From a virus (lineage: Duplodnaviria; Caudoviricetes): a DNA stretch of 38,575 nt. Positions 25,185-35,561 of this stretch are shown here, piece after piece. The notes under the pieces were generated by a model. That model saw nothing but the letters and a program-made list of their open reading frames with translations. It was not told the origin of the DNA and made no database searches. The stretch spans positions 1 to 38,575 of IMG/VR virus record IMGVR_UViG_3300024309_000089; one strand, 5' to 3'. Numbering within the stretch: the stretch's first letter is position 1; every line of letters begins with the position of its first letter. The translations under genes and the position numbers were made by a program.

Positions 25185-25540
25185 TGCTGGCCGCACGACT
25201 ACGCCACCGCGTTACCTTTCAGGAACAGGTGAACAGCCAAGATCCGGTAACGGGCGCTGTGTCGCTTTCGTGGGAGAACGCGTGGCTCGACTCCAGTACG
25301 GAGCTGAAGGACGTGCCAGCCGAGGTCCTGACCGGTCCCGGGCGGGAATGGGTGGGCGCCGCAACGATCAACGCCGAGACGTCCGCCCGCATCAACCTGC
25401 GCTGGTTCCCTGGCCTGCGCCAATCCTGGCGCATCCTCTGGGATGGCCGCGTCTACAACATCGAGTCAATGGAAACTGACGCAACTGCCCGGAGGGAATG
25501 GCGGCTGCGCTGTGTCGACGGGCCGAGCGAGGGGCTATGA
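25181..25540 (+). CDS. Head closure protein
   Basis: LRHRVTFQ, RILWDGRVYNI motifs. Confidence 0.88.
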   Translation: MMLAARLRHRVTFQEQVNSQDPVTGAVSLSWENAWLDSSTELKDVPAEVLTGPGREWVGAATINAETSARINLRWFPGLRQSWRILWDGRVYNIESMETDATARREWRLRCVDGPSEGL

Positions 25541-26025
25541 AGGTCGAAGTCAATCTGCGCGGTGTCGATGGCGTGATCGCCACTCTCAAGAGCCTACCCC
25601 CAGAGATTGTTTCGAAAAAGGGCGGGCCGGTGAAGTTGGCGCTGGCCAAGGGTGCCCGGCTGATCCGCGATGAGGCCAAGAAGAACCTGCGTCGAGCTAT
25701 CGCCATGAACGGTGACGAATCAACGGGCCTGCTGGAAAAGAACGTCATTTCGAGTCGCGGTAAGCCGCCCAGCACTGGGAAAGGTGAGCGGTATCTGGTA
25801 CGTGTGCGCCGCAAGACGTATCCGGGAAAGAAGGGCAAGCCTGTGACGACCCGGGCCACGGCAAGCTTTATGGAGTACGGGACCGAAGACCAGCCGGCGA
25901 CGCCGTGGTTGCGGCCAGCAGTGCGCCAGCATGGGGAAGCAGCGATCAACGTCATCACGCAGGACTTGAACAAGCGTATTGAAAAGGTGGTGTCCGAAAT
26001 GGGCGCCAAGAACCGGAACAAGTAA
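25537..26025 (+). CDS. HK97 gp10-family neck protein
   Basis: FMEYGT...PWLRPA motif. Confidence 0.88.
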   Translation: MKVEVNLRGVDGVIATLKSLPPEIVSKKGGPVKLALAKGARLIRDEAKKNLRRAIAMNGDESTGLLEKNVISSRGKPPSTGKGERYLVRVRRKTYPGKKGKPVTTRATASFMEYGTEDQPATPWLRPAVRQHGEAAINVITQDLNKRIEKVVSEMGAKNRNK

Positions 26026-26387
26026 TGCTGCCTGCCGTCTTCCTGACCCTTCAGACGCCCGCCGTCCTGGCAATCGTCGGAGGCACGCCCGTTCGCATCT
26101 TCCGTCATGGCGCAGCGCCGCAGGATACCGAAAAGCCCTATGTCACCTGGTTCGAAGTGGCCGGGCAGCCGTATGACCAAATTAGCGGCTCGCCATGCGG
26201 TGATTTTGACAGCGTGCAGATTGATTGCTGGTCCAAGTCGGACCTGCAAGTTGAGCAACTGGCTTCTGCGGTCCGGGATGCGCTGGACTTGGCAGGTATC
26301 GCCAATCGCCTCGTCGTGAACTCTCGTGAGCCAGAGACGCGGCTTTATAGGATCGGCTTGGAAGCCGATTACATCACCTCCCGCTAA
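26025..26387 (+). CDS. Tail terminator (DUF3168-like)
   Basis: APQ...PYVTW, VQIDCW motifs. Confidence 0.85.
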   Translation: MLPAVFLTLQTPAVLAIVGGTPVRIFRHGAAPQDTEKPYVTWFEVAGQPYDQISGSPCGDFDSVQIDCWSKSDLQVEQLASAVRDALDLAGIANRLVVNSREPETRLYRIGLEADYITSR

Positions 26388-26409
26388 ACCTCATTTCCCG
26401 TTTTGACTG

Positions 26410-26432
26410 CCCGCCTCGAGCGGGTTTTTTTA
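26410..26432 (+). terminator. Intrinsic terminator-like hairpin before the tail tube gene
   Basis: CCCGC-CTCGA-GCGGG-T7. Confidence 0.65.
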
Positions 26433-26444
26433 TGGAGTTTTGAA

Positions 26445-26915
26445 ATGCCGATCCGCTCTCAAGGTACCGAGCTTTTCTACGTTCGCCCCGGTTCCACGCC
26501 GGTTCTGGTCAAGCTGCACTGCCCGACCGGCATTACTGGTCTTGGCGGGGCTGCGGATCAAGTCGAAACCACGTGTCTCTCGGACACCGAGGACAAGCAG
26601 TACGTCCGTGGCTTGGGCAACCCTGGCCAGGTCTCGGCGCCGGTCAACTTCGACCCGCAGCAGGCGAGCCACGAAGACATGTTCGACCTGAAGGCGTCCG
26701 GTGAAACCCTTCAATGGATCATCGGTATGTCTGACGGTACGACGCTGCCGACTCTGGACTCCAATGGCGACATCGAGCCTCCTGTTGGCCGTTCCAGCAT
26801 CCAGTTCACCGGCTACATCGCGGACTGGGGCCTGGACTTCGCCGGCAATGACGTCGTGAAAGGCACGCTGACCATCCAGCGTTCCGGCTCGGTCATCTTC
26901 ACCAAGAAGGCCTAA
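26445..26915 (+). CDS. Tail tube protein
   Basis: SQGTELF, ETTCL, GLGNPG, TIQRSG motifs; GGAG SD. Confidence 0.9.
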   Translation: MPIRSQGTELFYVRPGSTPVLVKLHCPTGITGLGGAADQVETTCLSDTEDKQYVRGLGNPGQVSAPVNFDPQQASHEDMFDLKASGETLQWIIGMSDGTTLPTLDSNGDIEPPVGRSSIQFTGYIADWGLDFAGNDVVKGTLTIQRSGSVIFTKKA

Positions 26916-26917
26916 GC

Positions 26918-27268
26918 ATGCTCAACAAGTCGTACTTCACTCCGGAGACTGTGTTCGAAAAGGACGTTGATCTCGGTGACGGCAAACTTCAAAAGCTGCA
27001 CTTTCGCAAGTACAGCGGGGCTGGCTTCGCGGCGTACGGTTACGCCGTTCGATCTCAGGATTCCGTGGAACAAGGCAGGGCAAAGGCCATCTTGATTGCA
27101 GACTGTTATTGCAATGAAGAAGGTCAACGCCAATTGACTCTTTCCCAAGCGTGCGGGTTGAGACCCGAAGCGATGAATGCCATGTTCGTCGCGTTGCTCG
27201 AGGTTAACGGCTTCGTCGTTGACAAGACGCCAGACGAAGAAGATCAGGACGATCCGGGAAACACGTAG
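26918..27268 (+). CDS. Tail assembly chaperone (G)
   Basis: Between tube and tape measure genes; ends in slippery GGGAAAC. Confidence 0.8.
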   Translation: MLNKSYFTPETVFEKDVDLGDGKLQKLHFRKYSGAGFAAYGYAVRSQDSVEQGRAKAILIADCYCNEEGQRQLTLSQACGLRPEAMNAMFVALLEVNGFVVDKTPDEEDQDDPGNT

Positions 27269-27561
27269 AGGCCGGCTCCGACGATTGGTTATGGGCTGTC
27301 CTCGCCATGAGGCTCGGGGGCAGAACCATCCAGGAGTTGATGTCGGCCATGACACAGCATGAGTTTCGTTATTGGAAGGCGTTCTATGAACGGCATCCTT
27401 TCGATGATCTGCACGTGTTCCACCGGCCTGCGGCGTTGATTGCGCAGAGCATGGGTGGAGGTGATTTCGGCCAGAAGGTCGACTTGCTATCGAACCCGTT
27501 CGTCAAAGACTACTCCGACGCAGATTTGCGCACTCTCAAGGCGTTCGGCCTGAAACCTTAA
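27256..27561 (+). CDS. -1 frameshift extension of the tail chaperone (GT)
   Basis: G GGA AAC at 27256-27262; -1 frame open to 27561 (LGGRTIQEL...EFRYW..FY). Confidence 0.85.
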   Translation, partial: GKHVEAGSDDWLWAVLAMRLGGRTIQELMSAMTQHEFRYWKAFYERHPFDDLHVFHRPAALIAQSMGGGDFGQKVDLLSNPFVKDYSDADLRTLKAFGLKP

Positions 27562-27570
27562 GGACAAACA

Positions 27571-29829
27571 ATGGCAACGGCAGGGTCCATAACAATCGAT
27601 CTCAAACTGCTTACTGGCGGGTTTGAGACCGACGCCCAACGTGCGTCCAAGATTTCTGAAAAGCGTTTCAAGGAGATTGAGAAGCAGGCTAAGGCAACGG
27701 CCACAGAGGTCAGCAGCGCATTCACCGGCCTACTTAGCGGGGCGCTCCTGGGTGTCGGCGTTGGCACTGTCTTCAACAAGTTCATCGAGGAAACCAAGAA
27801 CGCCCAGAGCGAGCAAGCCCAGCTCGCCGCCGTTCTGAAGTCGACGGGCAACGCTGCAGGGTTTACCGCGGCTGAGCTGAACAAGATGGCCAGCGGCATG
27901 GCCGGGTTCGTCAGCGAGGGCGACATTAACCGGGCGCAGACCCGGCTGCTTTCCTATACGGGCGTGGTCGGCGAGGAGTTCCCCCGTGCGCTTCAGGCCG
28001 CTATCGACATGTCGGTGCGCCTGGGGATGACGGTTGAGCAGTCTGCCGAGACGGTAGGCAAGGCACTTGACATCCCTAGCAAGGGGCTGACTGCGCTGTC
28101 CAAGCAGGGCTTTCGGTTCACCGAAGACCAGAAGAAGCTGGTCGAGTCGCTGGAGGCTACGGGGCGGGTTGCTGAGGCCCAGGACGTCGTTCTGAAGGCG
28201 CTGGAATCGTCCTATGGTGGTGCCGCGGAAGCTGCCCGGAATACCTTGGGTGGTGCGCTGCAGGCATTGCAGAATCAGATTGACGACTTGATGACTGGCG
28301 ACGATGGCACGGTCAATGGCCTGACGGCGAGCGTCAACGACTTGACCGACGCTCTCGGTTCAGACGAGGCCAAGCAAGCATTCGCCGATTTCGTTGGCTG
28401 GCTGGCTAACATCTCCCGCGCACTTGTGACGGCGGCAGGCGACTTTGCGGAGGGGATGCGCGCTGCTGGAGGTTTCGTTGATGCGCTGATGACCTACGGC
28501 ACCATCAACCCATTCAATTCCCACTCAGAGAACGCTGCGCAGTATCGCAAAGAGCTGGAAGAACTGAACGCCTTTGAGAAGCGAGTGCTGGCCGGGGAAG
28601 AACAGAACCAAGGTATTGACATTGAAGCTCGCAGGCGTCAACTGCAGAATCGAATTTCGTTCTCGGAGCGCAAGGCTAACGCGCAGGAGCGGGATGTTCT
28701 GAGTGCTTATCTCGGTGTAGATGAGACGGGGGCCAGCATCCCTACGCTTAGCCCTATCCGTGCCAGTGCATCATCCCCGACCGAGAAGAAGAAGAAGGAA
28801 AAGGTCGATCAGGGTCAGAAGTTGATTGACCAGCTGAATCAGCGAATCGCGCTGATCGGCAAAGAGACCGAATACGAAAAGCTTCTGGCTGAGATTAGCG
28901 TCGGATCCGTCAAGTTTCGCACCGAGGCACAGAAGGAGGAAGCCCTAGAGGCCGCAAAGGCTTTCGACACCAAATCGAAGGCGTTTGAGGCTACTAAAAA
29001 GCAGGCCGAAGATTATGCGAAGGTCATGGATGACCTCTATCCAGAACAGGAGAAGACTAACGAGTACCTGGCGCAGCTATCCACGCTCAGCCAAGCGTAC
29101 TTTGATGGGACGCTCAATGCAGAGACATACGCCGACGCTGTAAAGCAGTTAGAGAAGAACTTTAGCGGGACCACTGACGAGATGAGTGAGTTCGCACTTC
29201 AAGCTGCTCGCAACATCCAAGACTCGTTGGGCGACACGCTAGAAGACGTCTTGAGTGGGAATTTCGACAACATTGGCTCCAAGTTCGCCGACATGATCGT
29301 AAAGATGGCGGCAAATGCTGCAGCGGCAAACCTTGCTCAAGCTCTGTTCGGTGATTTCGGCAAGTCTGGGCAGATCGGAGGCCTGATTGGGACGGCCTTC
29401 GCGGGCCTGTTTGGTGGCGGCGGATCTGGTCCGACTGCTAGCCAATTGGCCTCATCCACCCAAGGCGTCAATGCTGGTTTGCCTCTCGCGTTCGCTGACG
29501 GTGGCTATACGGGCGCAGGCGGCAAATACGACCCTGCTGGAATCGTTCACGCTGGGGAGTATGTGATACCGGCAGACGCCACCAAAAGGCTTGGAGTGGG
29601 CTTTCTGGACCGCCTGAAGGGGTATGCGGACGGTGGATATGTCGGAGCGTCAGGGATGCCCTCTGCAACAGGAGGATCCACGCGCGTCGAGATCATCAAT
29701 AACGGAACGCCGCAACAGGTAAGCAGCGCCAGCAGTTCTTTCGACGCTCAAGGCGAGGTAATCCGCATCGTTGTCCGAGACATCCAGCGCAACGGCGACA
29801 CCGCACGGGCGATCAAGGGGATGGCATGA
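27571..29829 (+). CDS. Tape measure protein
   Basis: 752 aa, Ala-rich helical; FADGGYTG..GKYDPAGIVHAGEYV. Confidence 0.93.
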   Translation: MATAGSITIDLKLLTGGFETDAQRASKISEKRFKEIEKQAKATATEVSSAFTGLLSGALLGVGVGTVFNKFIEETKNAQSEQAQLAAVLKSTGNAAGFTAAELNKMASGMAGFVSEGDINRAQTRLLSYTGVVGEEFPRALQAAIDMSVRLGMTVEQSAETVGKALDIPSKGLTALSKQGFRFTEDQKKLVESLEATGRVAEAQDVVLKALESSYGGAAEAARNTLGGALQALQNQIDDLMTGDDGTVNGLTASVNDLTDALGSDEAKQAFADFVGWLANISRALVTAAGDFAEGMRAAGGFVDALMTYGTINPFNSHSENAAQYRKELEELNAFEKRVLAGEEQNQGIDIEARRRQLQNRISFSERKANAQERDVLSAYLGVDETGASIPTLSPIRASASSPTEKKKKEKVDQGQKLIDQLNQRIALIGKETEYEKLLAEISVGSVKFRTEAQKEEALEAAKAFDTKSKAFEATKKQAEDYAKVMDDLYPEQEKTNEYLAQLSTLSQAYFDGTLNAETYADAVKQLEKNFSGTTDEMSEFALQAARNIQDSLGDTLEDVLSGNFDNIGSKFADMIVKMAANAAAANLAQALFGDFGKSGQIGGLIGTAFAGLFGGGGSGPTASQLASSTQGVNAGLPLAFADGGYTGAGGKYDPAGIVHAGEYVIPADATKRLGVGFLDRLKGYADGGYVGASGMPSATGGSTRVEIINNGTPQQVSSASSSFDAQGEVIRIVVRDIQRNGDTARAIKGMA

Positions 29830-30173
29830 GTACGTTTCCTGCCTACGCGAAGATCCTGCTTTCCGGTTTCACGGAAGATGCCGATTACGGCGTATTGCGC
29901 ACGGAGATGGACAACGGCATCGCCAAGCAGCGGCCGCGGCGCTCGCTCCCCATTGTCACGCGCACTGTGGTGATCCACGTGGATAGCCTGGCTGACAAGA
30001 ATGCCTTTGACACGTGGCGACGAGTCGACCTTTCCGGAAGCGCTGGGTGGTTTGATTGGACGGATCCTCTGGATGGCGTGACGAAGCAGACGCGAATTGT
30101 GGGTGGCAAGCTCCAGTGGACCAGCCCGGGCAAGGTGTGGCGTGCCGCTGGACAGATAGAGACGGTAGGCTGA
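29826..30173 (+). CDS. Distal tail-like minor protein
   Basis: VLRTEMDNG..KQR, GWFDWTDP motifs; position. Confidence 0.75.
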   Translation: MSTFPAYAKILLSGFTEDADYGVLRTEMDNGIAKQRPRRSLPIVTRTVVIHVDSLADKNAFDTWRRVDLSGSAGWFDWTDPLDGVTKQTRIVGGKLQWTSPGKVWRAAGQIETVG

Positions 30174-30174
30174 T

Positions 30175-30651
30175 ATGCCAGTTCAGTATTCGGATCCCGC
30201 TCGCCAGAATCTACTGGCCACGAGCGCGGATGAGCCTTTCCTGGTAGCTATTGAGATTAGCCATGCGGATCTGACGGTTCCGGCGCGTTTTGTGAACGAC
30301 AGCCAGAACATCGTGATCGAGGGCAATGAGTTCTTCGCTACGGCGTTTCGCGTTGCACTACCCGATGACAAGGACCAGCAGCTGCCGCAGGCACGCTTAG
30401 AGGTCGACAACGTAGGCAGAGATCTGACGCAGTGGCTTGAATTCAGTCGAGGCGGCAAGGGAGCGCGCTGTCGATTAATCCAGATATTGCGCAGCGACCC
30501 GAACGTGATCGAGTTCGACATGACGATGGACTTAACGGGGCTGGTAATCGACAACATGACAGTCAGTGGCCTTCTCGGCTTCCAAAATACCTTGGGTCAG
30601 ACGGCGGTAGCGGTCCGATTCGATCCGCTGACTTCCCCGGGGCTCTGGTGA
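30175..30651 (+). CDS. DUF1833-family minor tail protein
   Basis: EISH, RFVND, LEVDNV, PGLW motifs. Confidence 0.8.
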   Translation: MPVQYSDPARQNLLATSADEPFLVAIEISHADLTVPARFVNDSQNIVIEGNEFFATAFRVALPDDKDQQLPQARLEVDNVGRDLTQWLEFSRGGKGARCRLIQILRSDPNVIEFDMTMDLTGLVIDNMTVSGLLGFQNTLGQTAVAVRFDPLTSPGLW

Positions 30652-31034
30652 TGCATTGGTCGGATAAGTACGTTGGCCTGCCGTACGTTCCCGAGACCGG
30701 GGACTGTGCGGCACTGGCGGCGATGGTGTCGGCCAAAGAGTTCGGCCACGTCCCGGCTATCCCTGGATCTCATGCTTCAACCCTTCGAGAACAGACCGCG
30801 CAGATCCTGGCGCACAGGGACGAGCTGGCTGAGAGGATAGATGCGCCATTTGATGGCTGTCCGGCATTGTTTATCGGGCGCGGCCGGCTGTGTCACATAG
30901 GCGTGATGTGCTGGATTGCCCACGAATGGTGGGTGCTTCACGCGGACCAATCTGCCGGTTCTGTGATTCGGCAAAGACTTCGGGATATGACAAGAATCCA
31001 TTTCCGGCTGGAGGGCTACTACAAATGGAAGTAG
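30648..31034 (+). CDS. NlpC/P60-like tail assembly protein (lambda K-like)
   Basis: YVGLPY...DC, HIGV, VLHA motifs. Confidence 0.8.
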   Translation: MMHWSDKYVGLPYVPETGDCAALAAMVSAKEFGHVPAIPGSHASTLREQTAQILAHRDELAERIDAPFDGCPALFIGRGRLCHIGVMCWIAHEWWVLHADQSAGSVIRQRLRDMTRIHFRLEGYYKWK

Positions 31035-34000
31035 CGGACACGCGGCCTTCTCTAGTCCATCTGCCGAACCCGATCACTCCGGCCGGCAAGGTTGTCAGCT
31101 ACGCGGCGTTCTTGCCCGGAGAGACACTGGAGGCCTACTTGGCGCGGGCTGGGGTGCGGGTTGTAGATGCACCGATGAACGTATGGCACAACGGCTACCC
31201 AGTGCCTGCCAAGTTGTGGAAGCGGCTGATTCCTCGGACTGGCGATCAGATCCTTATCCGCGCCAAGATGGAAGGTGGTGGTGGGGCGAGCAAAATTCTC
31301 AGGACCGTAGCGCTGGTGGCGTTGGTAGTTGTCAGCGCAGGCTATGGGGCGGCGCTGGGTGGCGCGCTCGGGTTCACCGGTGCAACTGCCGGTGCGATCG
31401 GTAGCAGCATGATCATGCTGGCCGGGACGATGCTTATCAATGCGTTGCTACCCATGCCGATGCCCACCGCCGCAAAGCTCGGCGTGGGTGAGAAATACGA
31501 ATCTAGCCCCACGTATGCCATCCAAGGCGGGAGGAATCAGGCGCGGCCTTGGGAGCCGATGATTCTCGTCTTCGGGCGTCATAGGGTAGTTCCGGACCTG
31601 GGCGCTATCCCTTTCACACAGCAGCAGGGCGATGACCAGTATCTGAACCAGATTTTCCACTTCGGCCTTCAGAACTGGGATCTGGTTATTGAAGACCCTA
31701 AGATCGGCGAGACGTCGATCTACAACTATTCCGGCGTGCAGGCTCAGTTGTCTGACGCTCAGGGTCGGGTAAGCCTGTTCCCGGGGAACGTTGACACGCT
31801 TCAGGGTTTCGCGTTGCCCAACCCTGCGGGCTGGATTAGTCGTACCACTGCGCCTGGTGTGACAACAATCTCGGTTGAATTGGCCGCCAGACTATTCCGG
31901 GTAAACGACGATGGATCGTTTTCGGCTAGGTCCGTCGATGTTGAGATCCAATATCGAGATGCAGATGGCGGCGCCTGGGTGTCTTTAGGCTTGATTGGTG
32001 CGGTGTATGCAACGCACTATTGGTCGAAGGTTGTTTATCCCTCTCGGGTACAAATTGGGTTTGGGTCGACGAACTTCGCGGATCATAGTGATGGTGAGTC
32101 GTGGGTAGAAATTGACCCGTACACTGGCACATTTGTATCTGGGCAATGGCAGTGGAAGCCGCATCCGATTCAGTTGGGCCAGCCCTGGGCAGGTATAGCT
32201 CCTAATCCACTACTATCGCCCGCGGCTACTGGCTACCGAATGACCGGGGCGCGTCAAGAGCCCACGCGGCGGGAGGTTACGTGGACGGTGCCGGTCGGCA
32301 GATATGAGGTTCGCGTCCGAAAGGTGACCGGTGATATCAACAATTCCCGCGAATCCAACGAAACGGCCGTATCTCAGATCCTAGCGTTCCAACAAGATAC
32401 CGCTGACTACACCGGCCAGAGCCGTTTTGCCTTGCGCATCAAGGCCACGGGGCAGTTGAACGGGCAGGTTGATCAGCTTAGCGCGACGGTGACGGCCCGA
32501 TGCAATATCTGGAATGGATCTGCCTGGGTGTTTGGGCCGACTAGCAACCCGGCCTGGTGGTTCCTGTGGTACGCGCGCGGGCGGCTTGCTCCGAATGGAT
32601 CGCGGGCGTTCGGGTGCGGCCTGACCGACGCGCAGATTGATATCGAGGCTATCAAGGCGTGGGGCGCATGGTGCGATGCCAAGCGCCTGACGTTCAATTA
32701 CGTGTTGGACCGGAAGATGAGTTCGGCGGACGTGCTGGACATGATTGCCAGAGCTGGTCGCGCGGCGAAGACGCAGCATACCGGCAAGCTAGGGGTAGTC
32801 TGGGATGCCGCCGATCTTCCAGAAGTCGCTACGTTCGGTCCGTTCAACATCAAGGCAGGGTCATTTCAGATCGCGTACCTCAATGAGGGGACGGTAGATG
32901 AAATCGTTCTGAACTTCGTGAACGCGTCGCGCAACTGGACTATGGACGAGGTGCGAGTCCGGGTGCCTGGGTCAACGACGACGACCAACCCTCTCCAGCT
33001 CGATCTGGACGGATGCACCAACTTGGACATGGCTAGCCGTGAGGCGAACTTGCTTGCCGCTTCCCAGGTGTGGCATCGACGTCGAGTGACGTTTGAGACT
33101 GATATCGAAGGATATGTCGCGTCGAAGGGCGACGTTATTCGGCTGACGCACGACCTGACAGTTTGGGGCTATTCCGGCCGGATGATGGCCGGCAGCAATA
33201 GCGGGTCGAGCGGAGAACTGCCCAAAATCGTGCTGGATTCGGCTGTGCCATCAGGCGGTACCGGTACGGCGCTGCTGCGCGATCCGAACGGTGTCATGAA
33301 GGTGGTTTCGGTTACTTCGGCAGTGGGCGATGTGACTGAGCTAACGATTGTCACGGATTTGGACGGGTTTTCGATGCCTGGCGACCCGGCTTTCGAGGGG
33401 GTGAACCCGCTTGACTGGGTGTGGCAGTTTGACCCGTTACAGACGCCTGGACGCCGATTCAAGATCACGTCGGTAGAGCCTTCCGCCGATGGGGTCAAGT
33501 TCACCGCGATTGATGACGACCCAGGCTATTACGCCAGCGAAAACAATCCCTATCAATACACGCCGCCTCGGGATGGGCTACTGCTGGGCGGGGTAGTCCT
33601 TGCGGTTACCTTCGCCGAGTCCATTCGAAGTGTCGCCAACGACGACATCAATGTGCAGATTGGCTGGTCTATTTCCACGCCCTCACGCGTAATCGTCAAT
33701 GTGATGGTTGATGGCATTGCGCTTGAACCGATTGCTACCAATGAGCGGCGGATAAACGTCTCGGCCAAGACGGGCGACGTGATATCGGTCATGATCCAGC
33801 CTGTAAACACGCTGGGCTTGGGCCAACCTTTTAGAAGCCAGTACACCGTAGAGGGCTTGCTTGCGCCTCTGCCTCCTGTGACGGGTTTGACGAGCGTATT
33901 CCGGGATGGGTTGACTACGCTGGTGTGGAACCGCGTAACCGATATCCGTCAGCCTGACTATGAGATAAGAATCGGCACGTCGTGGGCTAACTCAAGAACG

Positions 34001-34885
34001 GTAGGGACCACGCAAGGACTAGACATTCTTGCGGTCGGAAACGGTTTGTACTTCGTTGCTGCTCGGTTCCGACTAGGATCTCAAACCATCTACGGGCTAC
34101 CGGATAGCTTGCTGATATCGGGTGCCATTCTTGTCCGTAATGTATTGGCCACTATCCACGAGGATCCGACCTGGACTGGCGAGCTAGAGGGCGGCGCATT
34201 CATTCATGACGGCGAGCTAACACTGCGCGGCATGGGTGACATTCTCTCTGCGCCAGATGTGTTGAGCCTGCAAGATGTTCTTTGGTTTGGAGGGGTAGAG
34301 TCGGGCGGTATTTATACAACCGACGATTCCAACGTCATCGACATCGGTTATGCGGCTCCCGTAAGAATCGACTTCGAGATTGATGAGTACGCGCTCAACT
34401 TTGGCGAAGACGTTCTGTCTTATGAAGACGTCCTAGCAGTAGCCGATATTCTCAACGATTCGAATCGCCAACATTACTCTGTTCGCCCGCAGATTCAGTT
34501 CGCACAGGACGATGGCGTTTTCGGTGACTGGCAGGACTACATACCCGGAACCGTCAACGCCCGTTATTTCCGGGTCAGGGTAGTGCTGGAAACAGACGAC
34601 CCGCTAATTGTCCCGTTCGTTCGCCACTTCTCGTGGACCATCGACGTTCCTGATCTGGTTCAAACCGGCACCAATCTCATCGTCCCGTCGTCTGGGCTTC
34701 GGGTCACGTACGGTAAAGCTTTCCACGCCACGCCAAATCTTCAGGTGACCATCCTCGATGCAGTCGCTGGTGACAGGGCTGTTGTTCAGCAAAACACTGA
34801 CCCGTTGCTCGGGTTCGATATCAGAATCTTCAACAACTCAACCCCCGTTGAACGGGTAATCAATTGGCTCGCACAAGGGTATTGA
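31025..34885 (+). CDS. Tail tip / host-specificity protein (J-like, fused to an I-like N-terminus)
   Basis: GGRNQARPWEP..LVFG, TSNPAW, FN3-like segments; about 1286 aa. Confidence 0.88.
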   Translation: MEVADTRPSLVHLPNPITPAGKVVSYAAFLPGETLEAYLARAGVRVVDAPMNVWHNGYPVPAKLWKRLIPRTGDQILIRAKMEGGGGASKILRTVALVALVVVSAGYGAALGGALGFTGATAGAIGSSMIMLAGTMLINALLPMPMPTAAKLGVGEKYESSPTYAIQGGRNQARPWEPMILVFGRHRVVPDLGAIPFTQQQGDDQYLNQIFHFGLQNWDLVIEDPKIGETSIYNYSGVQAQLSDAQGRVSLFPGNVDTLQGFALPNPAGWISRTTAPGVTTISVELAARLFRVNDDGSFSARSVDVEIQYRDADGGAWVSLGLIGAVYATHYWSKVVYPSRVQIGFGSTNFADHSDGESWVEIDPYTGTFVSGQWQWKPHPIQLGQPWAGIAPNPLLSPAATGYRMTGARQEPTRREVTWTVPVGRYEVRVRKVTGDINNSRESNETAVSQILAFQQDTADYTGQSRFALRIKATGQLNGQVDQLSATVTARCNIWNGSAWVFGPTSNPAWWFLWYARGRLAPNGSRAFGCGLTDAQIDIEAIKAWGAWCDAKRLTFNYVLDRKMSSADVLDMIARAGRAAKTQHTGKLGVVWDAADLPEVATFGPFNIKAGSFQIAYLNEGTVDEIVLNFVNASRNWTMDEVRVRVPGSTTTTNPLQLDLDGCTNLDMASREANLLAASQVWHRRRVTFETDIEGYVASKGDVIRLTHDLTVWGYSGRMMAGSNSGSSGELPKIVLDSAVPSGGTGTALLRDPNGVMKVVSVTSAVGDVTELTIVTDLDGFSMPGDPAFEGVNPLDWVWQFDPLQTPGRRFKITSVEPSADGVKFTAIDDDPGYYASENNPYQYTPPRDGLLLGGVVLAVTFAESIRSVANDDINVQIGWSISTPSRVIVNVMVDGIALEPIATNERRINVSAKTGDVISVMIQPVNTLGLGQPFRSQYTVEGLLAPLPPVTGLTSVFRDGLTTLVWNRVTDIRQPDYEIRIGTSWANSRTVGTTQGLDILAVGNGLYFVAARFRLGSQTIYGLPDSLLISGAILVRNVLATIHEDPTWTGELEGGAFIHDGELTLRGMGDILSAPDVLSLQDVLWFGGVESGGIYTTDDSNVIDIGYAAPVRIDFEIDEYALNFGEDVLSYEDVLAVADILNDSNRQHYSVRPQIQFAQDDGVFGDWQDYIPGTVNARYFRVRVVLETDDPLIVPFVRHFSWTIDVPDLVQTGTNLIVPSSGLRVTYGKAFHATPNLQVTILDAVAGDRAVVQQNTDPLLGFDIRIFNNSTPVERVINWLAQGY

Positions 34886-34886
34886 T

Positions 34887-35561
34887 ATGACACAGGAAGC
34901 TATCCAACTCTCTACCACGCCGCCTTATCCCGGGCTTGCGATGGTGCAAGATGCAAATGGCGCATTGGCTACCATCGCGACCGACTTTGCCGGCTCATCC
35001 GATCCTGCTGCTTTTGCGGGGCCGTTCATGACGTGGGCGGATACAGCAAACAACCTCATAAAACGCCGGAATGTAGCCAATACGGCATGGGTGCAGGAGG
35101 GGGCATTGCTGCGATCACATATCCCATCTATCCCTTTGGCCGAACTGCCTGGCGAGGACATTGGGCTCGTCTTCGTGCCGGACGATGGCTTCTATCGTTG
35201 GGTCAGCGGCGCCTATGTCAAATCAGATCTTTCGTTTTCGGTGATCTCCACTCTGAAAACGCAGGCTGCGGCAATTCTTGGCATTGGACAGAGTTGGCAG
35301 AACGTATCCGCAAGCCGGGTCTCTGGAACGTCATACACAAACAGCACTGGAAAGCCTATCGTAGTGCAACTTTCGGGAACGCTATCAGCCGAGAACGGCA
35401 ACTACAACACACAGGTAGCTGGTAGAGGGCACGGTCGCCCGGCGTGGGGTGGCGGCTTTATTGGGGGTAGTGTGTCACACAGCTTCATTGTTCCGCCGGG
35501 CGACACATACTCCGTCGTAATCACAAGTATTTCATCGATTTCTTGGTGGGAGTACCGATAA
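34887..35561 (+). CDS. Tail fibre / receptor-binding protein
   Basis: WADT...KRRN..NTAW N-terminus; GIGQSWQNV...YTNSTGKPI...IVPPG...W.E.R knob. Confidence 0.75.
   Translation: MTQEAIQLSTTPPYPGLAMVQDANGALATIATDFAGSSDPAAFAGPFMTWADTANNLIKRRNVANTAWVQEGALLRSHIPSIPLAELPGEDIGLVFVPDDGFYRWVSGAYVKSDLSFSVISTLKTQAAAILGIGQSWQNVSASRVSGTSYTNSTGKPIVVQLSGTLSAENGNYNTQVAGRGHGRPAWGGGFIGGSVSHSFIVPPGDTYSVVITSISSISWWEYR

Noticed and set aside
30890-31024. Upstream start of the tail tip gene
   Set aside because: It overlaps the NlpC/P60 gene extensively; ATG 31025 gives the usual short overlap.
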